DNA of 59,975 bases, counting the filler. It is 4 parts of 4 records of this genome, joined end to end, with 100 filler letters (N's around TTAATTAATTAA, not from the genome) between each part and the next. Parts side by side here need not be neighbours in the genome. Positions count along the whole stretch, not along the records: positions 1 to 12,572 come from DRR378314_711; positions 12,673 to 24,606 come from DRR378314_715; 2 more parts are not named here. The stretch is one strand, 5' to 3'. Both the position numbers and the translations under genes were made by a program. This document shows, in pieces, positions 11,311-20,959 of the stretch. The notes beneath the pieces were generated by a model. It was not told the origin of the DNA. It ran no database searches and saw only the letters and a program-made list of their open reading frames with translations. Numbering within the stretch: position 1 is the first letter of the stretch; every line of letters begins with the position of its first letter.

Positions 11311-12549
11311 CGCCGCTGCTCAACGTGGCGCGCGCTCGCGATGACTTCCTTCTGCAGGGTACATCTTGCCTATCCTTTCCCTCCCTTCCTCCCCTCCCCC
11401 GCTCTCTCTTCCTCTTGCTGCGCGCAAAGCTCGCGCTGATGTGGTTCCCGCTTGCTTGTGCTCCCCGTTTTCGGGCGCCGGCGGCAACGCTTACGCTCGG
11501 CACGCGCAATGAGAAAATGACAATATACACAAACGTATCAGAACTCAAGAAAGAAAGCGTTTGACGCTACCAATCGTGTTGTATTCTGAATGCGTGTACG
11601 AAGATTGCTCTGGCGAAGAACGCTTTGGGTTCGCTTGCATGTGTTTCTCGCTGTCTGCGTGTCCTGCTGGTTCTCCTCGCGATGTCATTCCCCTATCCAG
11701 CCGTATTGATATCGCGAATGATGATGATTGAGGGAAAGGAAATCGTGGCGGAGGAAATCCGCGAACGCCGCCCCCTCTTTTCTCCCCTTTCCCCTGCCTT
11801 TGTGTGCGCGTGTGTGGTGTGTATGTGTGTGTGTATGAAGGAAAAGTAGGGCGTGTTGCTCTTGCAGCGGGCAATGGTGCCGCTGAGGCTTTCTGCTTCG
11901 ACTCGTAGCTGCAGAATGCTCGCGCATCATCTGCACGATGTCCCCTATCTCGCTTTCTCTCTTTCCTCTGCGTTTCTCCTACTTTCTGTATCGGGCGGTG
12001 GATGGCGAGCGCATTTGCTTCTCGTATGCTCCCTCGTGTGTGCGGATTTGTGCGTGAAATGTCGCACATGAGGTTGTGCGCTTTCGCGAACCGGTGTAGA
12101 GCGACGAGCAACGTGCAAGAGAGAGAGAGAGTCACTTTCGCAGAGTTGCGCAACTATGGATAGCCGTTGATGCAGAAAGTGATGTTTTACATGTAGCGAG
12201 CGGCAACCGCCGATCGTGGCATTTGATAATTCATAATAAACACATTCGTCCGTGGGAAGAAAAAGAATATCATTGGCAAGAACAAGTCTTCGTTGCGCAG
12301 TGGAACAGCAGCAGCTGTGAAGTAGCGCATAGCACGCGGAGAAAGCGCCGCAGCGACCTTGGTATCGGCTGCGCAAACGACCTCCGCTGATCCACCTTTC
12401 ACTTCTGCGACTCCAGTACACGCTTGCACTTCTTCTTGAGCACTCCGCGGCTGTGCTGGAATCGATTCAGCTCGATATCGCATTCCATTGCCTACGGCGC
12501 GTGGAGCAAGCGCGGAGTAGCGGTCGAGGGACCCCGCGCGCGCGCACGC

Positions 12550-12572
12550 GAGAGAGAGAGAGAGAGAGAGAG
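12550..12572. repeat. (GA)n microsatellite at contig end
   Basis: Pure GA run running into the N spacer; likely cause of the assembly break. Confidence 0.9.
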
Positions 12573-12672
12573 NNNNNNNNNNNNNNNNNNNNNNNNNNNN
12601 NNNNNNNNNNNNNNNNTTAATTAATTAANNNNNNNNNNNNNNNNNNNNNNNNNNNNNNNNNNNNNNNNNNNN
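12573..12672. other. Artificial contig linker
   Basis: 44 N + TTAATTAATTAA (stops in all six frames) + 44 N. Confidence 0.98.
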
Positions 12673-12702
12673 CAGCGCTCTATCCAGCTGAGCTACAGGT
12701 GC
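12673..12702 (-). tRNA. tRNA-Arg 5' fragment (probably CCG isoacceptor), truncated by contig end
   Basis: Minus strand GCACCTGTAGCTCAGCTGGATAGAGCGCTG is the acceptor 5' strand, D-arm and start of the anticodon stem typical of bacterial tRNA-Arg; the anticodon itself is not visible. Confidence 0.8.
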
Positions 12703-12896
12703 GTCTGTGGTGGGGATATACGCGGCTGCAGAAAATTCTGCAATGAAAAAAACGCGCTATCCGTCAATTCGTTCTCTTCACATACAAGTTTACGATTTGG
12801 GTTCGGATGATGAAGAAATCGCTCAAAAGAAATACAACGGGCGCGCTGTGGTAGCACAGCGCGCAATCCCGATCAGGATTGAGACGATCTAAGAGT

Positions 12897-13463
12897 TCAG
12901 CCGCGCCAGGAGCGAACTACGCCGCAATCCATATGAACGAAGTTGGACCCATAGTAACGACCGACACCGCCTGCTTTACAAGCCTGAGCAGCCTGCGCCA
13001 TCTGGCCGACGGAGCGAGAGGCAAGACGCAGATCAGCGGCCTGGCCTGTCATGTGCAGCGAATTCTTGGCTACACCGCGCGATCGGCTGCGAAGCATCGC
13101 ATTGGTTTGCGGGCTCCGATAACCGGACAGCAGGAGGTATGGCTCGTTGACCTCTAAGAGGTTCAGAGATGCTGCCATGATGTCAATCGTGCGCAGATCC
13201 ATCGACTTGACCTGATCGGTCCGCCAATCGCGCATGAAGTGATTAACTTCTTTGACCGCATCTTTGATGTACTTGCCATCGATCCAGTAGACCATGTCCA
13301 ACCGCTCGCCTGTGCGGCCGGAATACATGCGAATTCTGCGGATGTCGCCGCCTCCACGGAGGAAGCCGGCGGCCTGAGAGTATGATGGGGCTGCTGCGAC
13401 TGTTGTGGCCGCAAATGCCTTCAAGAGTGCTCGACGGGAGAACCCGGTATTTTTTTCTGCCAT
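12897..13463 (-). CDS. ycbK: YcbK/DUF882 family (peptidase M15, MepK-like) Tat-exported protein
   Basis: Tat motif SRRALLK; SGYRSPQTN, SLHMTGQAAD, GGVGRY...FVHMDCG; divergent from an L,D-transpeptidase. Confidence 0.9.
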   Translation of the reverse strand: MAEKNTGFSRRALLKAFAATTVAAAPSYSQAAGFLRGGGDIRRIRMYSGRTGERLDMVYWIDGKYIKDAVKEVNHFMRDWRTDQVKSMDLRTIDIMAASLNLLEVNEPYLLLSGYRSPQTNAMLRSRSRGVAKNSLHMTGQAADLRLASRSVGQMAQAAQACKAGGVGRYYGSNFVHMDCGVVRSWRG

Positions 13464-13823
13464 TGTGATGAGCGTTGTCCCATACGCTTTTGTGGTCACA
13501 GATCCCGATGTTTCGGGTATTTTTTCGCGCTTTTGCTGCGCTGCTGTTGTATGCCACAGCAGGAATCAGCTGCCAAGAAATGAATGGCAACGCATCAGAA
13601 TGCGGTGTTTTTTCGGCAGAAACTTGCGCAAGAGGGGAGGTCACCGCCCATTTTCCCCCTCATTCTATGGAACAATCTGCGGTTATTGGGGTTTGACGGC
13701 ATCATCGCCACACCTTCCGCACGCCTGATGCAAATGTGAGTGGACTTGCAAGGGACCCGTTTACCTACACTCGTATACCGTCTACCCGGTTCCCTTGCGT
13801 TGCACCTTGGAGTTTATTGAAAG

Positions 13824-15446
13824 ATGTCGCTGGCCTGCGCACCAAAGTTCTCTTCCCTTATCACCGGCAGTCTTTTGGCTGCAGTGATGGGCGTCTCTGT
13901 GTTCTTCGCAGGGGACGTCGCCGCGTCGACCACCGGGTTCCGTCAGGCCGTGGCAGAATTGGCCTGGGAAGATGAGGCTGTTGCCTCCTTTTATCGCGAG
14001 ACAGGCTACGCGCCGCTTTGGACCGCGGACACGCCCGAAGCCAAGGCGCGGCGGCAGGCCTTGATGCAAGCACTGGATGAAGCCTCCATGCATGGGCTTC
14101 CGGATATGTCGATCCGCGCTTCGGACCTGCTGACGCAGATGCGCAACGTTCGCTCAACACGCGATCTTGGTGCAATCGAAGTGGCGCTCAGCCGTGCTTT
14201 GGTGGATTACGCAACCGACCTGCAGACGGGTCTGTTGAACACGCCATCGTCCATCGATGACGGAATCGTCCGGAAAAAACATAAAGTAGATGGCACGGGG
14301 TTCCTGAGCGGTATATCGAGCGAGCGCCCCTATGCGTTTCTGCAAAACCTTGTGCCGGCCTCTCCCCAATATCGTGCGCTGATGCGTGAAAAGATGCGGC
14401 TTGAGGCCCTTCTTAGCGCCGGTGGCTGGGGGGCAATCGTTCCCGTCCGCAAGATGGAGCCCGGCGACACTGGCCCCACAGTGATTGCCCTGCGCAATCG
14501 GCTCGTTGCCATGGGGTATCTGAATCCCACGGCGACGCGCAGCTATGACCTCGCGCTCGAGGATGCAGTGCGCCGTTTTCAGGATGAACACGGGCTTGCG
14601 GTAGACGGCGTTGCGGGTGAAGGCACCCTGAATGAGATCAATCGCCCGGTGACGGATCGTATCAAATCTGTGCTGGTGGCGATGGAGCGGGAGCGTTGGC
14701 TGACCCCGGATCGCGGCGAACGTCATATTCTGGTGAACCAGACTGACTTCACTGCCAAGATCGTGGACAATGGCGAAGTCACATTTGAAACGCGTTCGGT
14801 CATTGGCAGCAACCGAAGCGATCGCCGCACACCAGAATTCTCCGACGAGATGGAGCATATGGTTATCAACCCAAGCTGGTACGTGCCGCGCTCAATCGTG
14901 ACTAAGGAATATCTGCCGAAGCTGAAAAACAACCCCAACGCTCACAGCTACATCGAGATCACCGATAGCCGCGGTCGGGTTGTGAACCGCAACAATGTGG
15001 ATTTCAGCCAATTCAGCGCCCGCAGCTTTCCATTTGCGATGCGGCAACCGCCGAGCAGCCGCAACGCGCTTGGCCTGGTCAAGTTCATGTTCCCGAACAA
15101 ATACAACATCTACCTGCACGACACGCCACAAAAGAGCCTGTTCGGGCGCGAAGTGCGCGCCTTCTCGCATGGCTGCATCCGCCTGCAGAAACCGTTCGAG
15201 TTTGCCTATGCGCTTCTGGCACGGCAATCCGACACGCCGAAGCAGTACTTCCACCAGGTGCTGAACAGCGGCAAGGAGACCAAGGTCACGCTTGAGACCA
15301 AGGTGCCCGTGCACATGATCTATCGCACCGCCTTTGTCTCCGAGGATGGGCGCGCAGAATTCCGCCGTGACATCTATGGTCGTGACGCCAAGATCTGGTC
15401 CGCGATGGAGCGGGCAGGGGTGGCGCTCCCCGGCGTTCAGGGCTAA
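13824..15446 (+). CDS. ycbB: Murein L,D-transpeptidase YcbB/LdtD family with peptidoglycan-binding domain
   Basis: Signal peptide; PG-binding AVRRFQDEHGLAVDGVAG; YkuD motif IYLHDTP...FSHGCIR. Confidence 0.93.
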   Translation: MSLACAPKFSSLITGSLLAAVMGVSVFFAGDVAASTTGFRQAVAELAWEDEAVASFYRETGYAPLWTADTPEAKARRQALMQALDEASMHGLPDMSIRASDLLTQMRNVRSTRDLGAIEVALSRALVDYATDLQTGLLNTPSSIDDGIVRKKHKVDGTGFLSGISSERPYAFLQNLVPASPQYRALMREKMRLEALLSAGGWGAIVPVRKMEPGDTGPTVIALRNRLVAMGYLNPTATRSYDLALEDAVRRFQDEHGLAVDGVAGEGTLNEINRPVTDRIKSVLVAMERERWLTPDRGERHILVNQTDFTAKIVDNGEVTFETRSVIGSNRSDRRTPEFSDEMEHMVINPSWYVPRSIVTKEYLPKLKNNPNAHSYIEITDSRGRVVNRNNVDFSQFSARSFPFAMRQPPSSRNALGLVKFMFPNKYNIYLHDTPQKSLFGREVRAFSHGCIRLQKPFEFAYALLARQSDTPKQYFHQVLNSGKETKVTLETKVPVHMIYRTAFVSEDGRAEFRRDIYGRDAKIWSAMERAGVALPGVQG

Positions 15447-15483
15447 GTCTCGGGCCAGGATCCGCTTTTGGAGGAATGGCCCG

Positions 15484-16557
15484 ATGTACACCGTTCGTGA
15501 GATCGCCGATGCCCTTGGGGCCGAGGCCGCTGGTGCAGTTGATCTGACCATCACCGAAGCCGCAGAGCCACAGGACGCCGGTCCTGATGCTCTCGCCATG
15601 GCGATGTCACCCAAATATGCAGAGGCTCTTTCTGCAGGCGCCGCGCGCGCAGCACTCGTCTGGGAGGGAGCCGACTGGCAAAGCATGGGGCTGGAAGCCG
15701 CGATCTTTGTCGTCCGTCCGCGCCTTGCCATGGGCGGTGTCACCCGCATGCTTGATCGTGGGCAACGTGAAGCGCCGGGTATTCACCCCTCAGCCGTCAT
15801 CAACCCGACCGCCGTGATCGGCGAAGATGTCACCATTGGCCCATTGGCGGTGATCGGTCCCAACGCCATGATTGGCGCGGGATCACTGATCGGCGCGCAT
15901 TGTTTCATCGGTGCGGATGTGACCATCGGCGTGGACGCCATCTTGCGCGAGATGGTCTCGATCGGGGCTCGGGTCACTATTGGCGACCGGTTTCGCGCTC
16001 AACCCGGCGCGCGTGTGGCAGCCGACGGGTTTTCCTATGTGACGGCCGAAACGTCCGGCGTCGAGAACGTGCGCAAGACCCTGGGCGACCAGGGTGAGAC
16101 AGCCACTCAACCCTGGCTTCGCATCCATTCGCTCGGCTCCGTCAGAATCGGAAATGACGTCGAAATCGGCGCCAATTGCACGATCGACAACGGTACAATC
16201 CGGGACACTGTGATCGGCAATGGCACCAAGCTCGACAACCAGGTGCACATCGGCCACAACTGCCGCATCGGCAATGATTGCCTGCTCTGCGGACAGACCG
16301 GCCTGTCCGGGTCGGTCGACATCGGCGACAATGTGGTGCTGGGCGGTCAGTGCGGTGTCGCGGACAACGTCTTTGTCGGGGGTCGCGTGATTGCTGGCGG
16401 CGGCACCAAGGTCCTGTCGAATGTCCCCGCAGGCCGTGTCGTGATGGGCTATCCAGCGGTCAAGATGGAGACCCACACGGAAATGTATAAGGCACAGCGC
16501 CGACTGCCACGCCTCATGCGCGATCTCGACGCGCTGAAAAAGGCTGTTTTCAAATAG
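15484..16557 (+). CDS. lpxD: UDP-3-O-acyl-glucosamine N-acyltransferase
   Basis: GGAGG RBS before ATG 15484; hexapeptide repeats, ADGFSY, VEIGANCTIDNG, KLDNQVHIGHN. Confidence 0.93.
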   Translation: MYTVREIADALGAEAAGAVDLTITEAAEPQDAGPDALAMAMSPKYAEALSAGAARAALVWEGADWQSMGLEAAIFVVRPRLAMGGVTRMLDRGQREAPGIHPSAVINPTAVIGEDVTIGPLAVIGPNAMIGAGSLIGAHCFIGADVTIGVDAILREMVSIGARVTIGDRFRAQPGARVAADGFSYVTAETSGVENVRKTLGDQGETATQPWLRIHSLGSVRIGNDVEIGANCTIDNGTIRDTVIGNGTKLDNQVHIGHNCRIGNDCLLCGQTGLSGSVDIGDNVVLGGQCGVADNVFVGGRVIAGGGTKVLSNVPAGRVVMGYPAVKMETHTEMYKAQRRLPRLMRDLDALKKAVFK

Positions 16558-16607
16558 CCGCGCAATCAGTAAACCTCAGGCAATCTCATCTCCCGCAGGA
16601 GCCGCTC

Positions 16608-16868
16608 ATGAGCACGCAGGATAAGGTCATCTCAATCATCGCTGAACAGGCGGTATTGGAGCCCTCGGATGTAACCCTCGACAGCACGCTGGAAGATCTC
16701 GGCATCGACAGCCTCGGCCTGGTCGAGAGCATCTTTGCGATCGAAGAAGAATTCGACATTACGATCCCCTTCAACGCCAATGAGCCTGAGCAGAGCGACT
16801 TCGATATTTCGAATGTCGCCGCCATCATCACCGGAATCGACAAGCTGGTCGCCGAAAAGAACGGCTGA
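16608..16868 (+). CDS. Acyl carrier protein (second/dedicated ACP)
   Basis: 86-aa acidic protein with LGIDSLGLVE phosphopantetheine motif; AGGAG RBS. Confidence 0.93.
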   Translation: MSTQDKVISIIAEQAVLEPSDVTLDSTLEDLGIDSLGLVESIFAIEEEFDITIPFNANEPEQSDFDISNVAAIITGIDKLVAEKNG

Positions 16869-16902
16869 TCGCACTGGGTGTCATCGGACAAGAGGACTTG
16901 CC

Positions 16903-18111
16903 ATGAAACGCGTTGTGATCACCGGCGCCGGAACCATCAATGCGCTCGGACATACGGTTGCCAAAACCATGGAATCCATGCGCGAAGGCCGATGTGGCAT
17001 TGGCGACCTGGATTTCCGTGACGTTGATCGGCTTGCCATCAAGATTGGCGGTCAAGTCCGCGATTTCGAGGCAGAAGGCCGCTTCAACAGACAACAAATG
17101 GTGCTCTATGATCGCTTTACCCAGTTCACGCTGGTTGCAGCGGGTGAAGCGATCCGTCAATCGGGCCTCGAGTTCACGGGCGAGCTGGCCGCGAAATCAG
17201 GCGTGGTTCTTGGCACCGCCGGGGGGGGAGTTTCCACCTGGGATGACAATTATCGCTCTGTCTACGAAGACGGAAAGAACCGGGTTCATCCCTTTGTTGT
17301 TCCCAAGTTGATGAACAACGCGGCGGCCAGCCACGTGTCCATGGAATATAACCTCAAAGGGCCCAGCTTTACGGTCTCGACCGCCTGTGCGTCCTCCAAC
17401 CATGCCATGGCGCAGGCTTTCCAGATGGTCCGCAGCGGCATGAGCCCCGCGATGGTGACGGGCGGGTCGGAATCGATGCTCTGTTTTGGCGGGGTGAAGG
17501 CCTGGGAAGGGCTGCGCGTCATGTCAAAGGACGCCTGCCGCCCGTTCAGCGCCAATCGAAACGGTATGGTACAGGGTGAAGGCGCCGGAGTCTTTGTGTT
17601 CGAGGAATACGAACACGCGAAGGCCCGCGGGGCAGAGATTCTCTGCGAAATCGTCGGCTACGCCATGAGCTCTGACGCTGCCGATATCGTCATGCCCAGC
17701 AAGCAAGGGGCTGCACGGGCGATCTCCGGAGCGCTGAAAGATGCGCAGATCAATGCGCAGGACGTGGGCTATATCAACGCCCATGGCACTGGCACCGCGG
17801 CCAATGACAAGACTGAATGCGCCGCCGTGGCCGATGTGTTTGGCCCGCATGCCGACAACCTGATGATATCCTCGACAAAATCGATGCATGGCCATCTGAT
17901 CGGCGGCACCGGTGCGGTGGAGCTGCTGGCCTGCATCATGGCGTTGCGCGACGGCGTTATTGCTCCGACCATTGGCTATGAAGAGCCGGATCCGGAATGC
18001 ACGCTTGATGTGGTGCCGAACGAGGCACGGGAGGCAAAGGTTGATGTTGCGCTCTCCAATGCGTTTGCCTTTGGTGGGCTGAACGCCGTACTTGCACTAA
18101 AACGGGTTTGA
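16903..18111 (+). CDS. Beta-ketoacyl-ACP synthase (FabF-like)
   Basis: MKRVVITG start; Cys-His-His triad STACASS, INAHGTGT, KSMHGHL; SNAFAFGG. Confidence 0.93.
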   Translation: MKRVVITGAGTINALGHTVAKTMESMREGRCGIGDLDFRDVDRLAIKIGGQVRDFEAEGRFNRQQMVLYDRFTQFTLVAAGEAIRQSGLEFTGELAAKSGVVLGTAGGGVSTWDDNYRSVYEDGKNRVHPFVVPKLMNNAAASHVSMEYNLKGPSFTVSTACASSNHAMAQAFQMVRSGMSPAMVTGGSESMLCFGGVKAWEGLRVMSKDACRPFSANRNGMVQGEGAGVFVFEEYEHAKARGAEILCEIVGYAMSSDAADIVMPSKQGAARAISGALKDAQINAQDVGYINAHGTGTAANDKTECAAVADVFGPHADNLMISSTKSMHGHLIGGTGAVELLACIMALRDGVIAPTIGYEEPDPECTLDVVPNEAREAKVDVALSNAFAFGGLNAVLALKRV

Positions 18112-18128
18112 CGGTTGCCTCGGAACAT

Positions 18129-18169
18129 AAAAACGCCCGCCTGAAGTTTGATCCTCAGGCGGGCGTTTT
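18129..18169. terminator. Bidirectional intrinsic terminator
   Basis: AAAACGCCCGCCTGA...TCAGGCGGGCGTTTT between convergent genes. Confidence 0.85.
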
Positions 18170-18188
18170 CTGTTTCAGACGTCGGTTC

Positions 18189-18836
18189 TTACTGCTTCAC
18201 AACATCCACGGCGTTAAAGCCTGCGGTAAAGCCCTTGAGCGACATCGACACCTCGACTGTGTTTTCAGGCGAAGGGGCAGGACGCAGGCTGAAGATCGCC
18301 TTGGTGCCCTGTTTGAACGCATTGATATCTGCTTCTGTCAGGCCGATCTGTGCGACACAACCCGCGCTATTGCAGAAGGAGAAGTTATACCGCTTGCCGG
18401 GCGCACCATCGACAGAGACGGTCAAACCTGCTGGCAGCAGGGTTTCCAGCGGAGCGATCACGGTCGCGCCGGCCACCGCCTGACCACCACCGGATTGATC
18501 GATGCGGAACAGCGACACTTCTGCCACCGGGCCACCTTCATCATCTACGAGGACCTGGAGCAGGGAGCAAGGATCTTCACCGGACTGGGTGTTCACGCAA
18601 GCGAGATCCCAATCACCAAATTTCTCCTTGGAGTACCGCTGTCCAACGCGCAGCGCCGCATCGGCTGGCGTGCCAAGATCCAGCAGCTGGTCTGCATTCT
18701 GCGCGGGCGCTTCTGCATCTTGCTCTGCAGTTTCTGCAGTCTGATCGGTTGTGTCCTGATCCGTCGTCTCTTGCGCTACCAGCGGCGACGCCGCGAGGAG
18801 GAGAGCAAGGGAGACCGAGCTGAGGGATTTCAACAT
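18189..18836 (-). CDS. ialB: Invasion-associated locus B family exported protein
   Basis: Signal peptide; FGDWDLAC, PLETLLPAGL, FSFCNSAGC, MSLKGFTAGF. Confidence 0.88.
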   Translation of the reverse strand: MLKSLSSVSLALLLAASPLVAQETTDQDTTDQTAETAEQDAEAPAQNADQLLDLGTPADAALRVGQRYSKEKFGDWDLACVNTQSGEDPCSLLQVLVDDEGGPVAEVSLFRIDQSGGGQAVAGATVIAPLETLLPAGLTVSVDGAPGKRYNFSFCNSAGCVAQIGLTEADINAFKQGTKAIFSLRPAPSPENTVEVSMSLKGFTAGFNAVDVVKQ

Positions 18837-19003
18837 GAATGCCTCTTCTGTTTGAATCTATCTCCGCCATTTAACATGGCATCCCGCGAGTGTCAGGGGA
18901 ATAACAGCAGTGATGGGTGCAAATCCCTGATTTCCGCCGATGTTCTTCCTGTAGGGCACCGCAGGCGTTCAACGGAGCAGCAATGCCACAAATTCAAAGA
19001 ACG

Positions 19004-19029
19004 AAAAAGGGGACCGAAGCCCCCTTTTT
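19004..19029. terminator. Intrinsic terminator hairpin in the ialB-DUF853 intergenic region
   Basis: AAAAAGGGG-ACCGAAG-CCCCCTTTTT with no ORF ending directly upstream on either strand. Confidence 0.7.
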
Positions 19030-19205
19030 ACGTACACATCTCCCCGTCGGACTGGCCGACTTAGTTATTGTTCAGAACGTTACGAGCGAAATTCGTATCG
19101 GTCAACATCCAATAGAAGAAAAAATGAGATCACAGCCAAAGCACCCTTTTGCCCGTGTTCTGCTATGGAAATATGACACATTGTGCCGCACGCTACCCTC
19201 GAGAC

Positions 19206-19290
19206 AAAAAAAGGCCGTGCACTAAGGCACGGCCAGTCTGACAGGGAGGAAATGTCCGTCGATTCAACCGCATTCGAACCAACGGGCATC
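19206..19290 (-). ncRNA. Candidate ~85-nt trans-acting sRNA with anti-Shine-Dalgarno seed
   Basis: Minus strand: 5' hairpin (UGCCCGUUGGUUCGA/UUGAAUCGACGGACA), linker UUUCCUCCCUGUCAGACU, terminator GGCCGUGC-CUUAGU-GCACGGCC-U7. Confidence 0.7.
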
Positions 19291-19357
19291 TTCACGCTGT
19301 CAGATAAAGGTTAACATTGTATTTTGGTTCATAATCGCCTTGAGGAGTTGAGCAGGC

Positions 19358-20902
19358 ATGCCAAAGGAAATTTTTATCGGTGGAGGTGGCGAAGGCTATG
19401 CAACACCACAATACCTCAGCCTGAAATACGCCAATCGCCACGGGTTGATCGCCGGTGCGACTGGAACTGGTAAAACCGTTACACTTCAAATCCTTGCGGA
19501 GAGTTTCTCGAACGAAGGCGTGCCGGTGATTCTGGCGGATGTCAAAGGAGACCTCTCCGGACTGGTCAACTCTGGCAGTGCCGCGGTGGCGCTGCACGAC
19601 CCCTTCGTTAAAAGAGCGAAAAAAATAGGATTTACCTCGTTTGACTACCATTCGGTGCCCGTCACCTTCTGGGATCTCTTCGGAGACCAGGGGCATCCCG
19701 TGCGCACAACCGTCGCTGAAATGGGGCCGCTGCTGCTGTCACGCTTGCTGGAATTAAGCGACGCGCAAGAGGGTATTTTGAACATTGCCTTCCGTCTGGC
19801 CGACGAACAAGGGCTGCCGCTGCTGGATCTCAAGGACCTGCAAGCCTTGCTGGTTTGGGTCGGTGAGAACCGCGATAGCCTGTCGTTGCGATATGGTAAT
19901 GTGTCGACCGCCTCGATCGGCGCGATCCAGCGTCGGCTGCTGGTTCTGGAAAACCAGGGCGGGGCAAGCATGTTCGGGGAACCGGCGCTGGACCTTCAGG
20001 ATCTGATGCGATGTGATGATCTTGGGCGAGGTATGGTTAACGTGCTTGCCGCCGACAAGCTCATGGCCTCGCCCAAACTCTATGCAACGTTCCTGCTGTG
20101 GTTGCTGAGCGAACTGTTCGAGACGTTGCCAGAGGTCGGAGATCCGGACAAACCAAAGCTGGTGTTCTTCTTTGATGAGGCGCATCTATTGTTCGACGAC
20201 GCGCCCAAGGCTCTGATCGACAAGGTTGAACAGGTGGCGCGCCTCATCCGCTCCAAAGGGGTCGGCGTGTATTTCGTCACCCAATCCCCGGATGACATTC
20301 CCGAGGACATCCTTGGTCAGCTGGGCAATCGGGTCCAGCATGCGCTTCGTGCATTCACCGCCCGAGACCGTAAAAAACTGAAACTCGCGGCGGAAACATA
20401 CCGCGAAAACCCCAGATTCTCGACCGAGGACGCCATTCGCGATGTGGGCGTGGGCGAGGCGGTCACCTCAATGCTGGAAAAAAAAGCCGTGCCGGGCGTG
20501 GTCGAGCGCACTTTGATACGGCCACCCTCCAGTCAGTTGGGGCCCATCACACCATCGGAACGCACGGCGGTGATGCAGGCCTCGGTCATGGCGGGAAAGT
20601 ATGATGCGACCGTTGACCGTGAGTCCGCATATGAGATTTTGAAGGCCCGCGCCGAAACAGCGGCACGCGAGGCGGCTGCGGCGGAAGAACAGGCAGAGAC
20701 TGCTCCGGACCCGATGGTGCGAGAATTCAGCGCCGCCCGTCGCTACAGCGGCAGCCGGGTTGGACGGTCCACATCGCGCCGCATCGGGGGCGCAGATACG
20801 ATCGCCTCTGCCATGTCAGAGGCAGTGATCAAGGAGCTGAAAGGCACAACCGGACGGCGCATCGTGCGCGGCATCCTTGGCGGGTTGTTCAAGGGGCGCT
20901 GA
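19358..20902 (+). CDS. HerA-like P-loop ATPase, DUF853/YjgR family
   Basis: [46 protein letters not shown]. Confidence 0.9.
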   Translation: MPKEIFIGGGGEGYATPQYLSLKYANRHGLIAGATGTGKTVTLQILAESFSNEGVPVILADVKGDLSGLVNSGSAAVALHDPFVKRAKKIGFTSFDYHSVPVTFWDLFGDQGHPVRTTVAEMGPLLLSRLLELSDAQEGILNIAFRLADEQGLPLLDLKDLQALLVWVGENRDSLSLRYGNVSTASIGAIQRRLLVLENQGGASMFGEPALDLQDLMRCDDLGRGMVNVLAADKLMASPKLYATFLLWLLSELFETLPEVGDPDKPKLVFFFDEAHLLFDDAPKALIDKVEQVARLIRSKGVGVYFVTQSPDDIPEDILGQLGNRVQHALRAFTARDRKKLKLAAETYRENPRFSTEDAIRDVGVGEAVTSMLEKKAVPGVVERTLIRPPSSQLGPITPSERTAVMQASVMAGKYDATVDRESAYEILKARAETAAREAAAAEEQAETAPDPMVREFSAARRYSGSRVGRSTSRRIGGADTIASAMSEAVIKELKGTTGRRIVRGILGGLFKGR

Positions 20903-20927
20903 CCGGGCGCAAGCACGCGGAAAACGG

Positions 20928-20958
20928 AAAACGCCGCCCACAGAGGGCGGCGTTTTTT
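20928..20958. terminator. Bidirectional intrinsic terminator
   Basis: AAAACGCCGCCC-ACAGA-GGGCGGCGTTTTTT between convergent genes. Confidence 0.85.
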
Positions 20959-20959
20959 G

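Noticed and set aside
12399-12491. Possible terminal exon on the minus strand (AMECDIELNRFQHSRGVLKKKCKRVLESQK-stop)
   Set aside because: A plausible acceptor is present, but it is too short, unrecognised, and any upstream exons lie beyond the contig end.
12500-12750. Apparent eukaryote-bacterium junction suggesting horizontal transfer or endosymbiont insertion (also at 53833-53932)
   Set aside because: The junctions are identical synthetic N/TTAATTAATTAA linkers, so adjacency is an assembly artefact.
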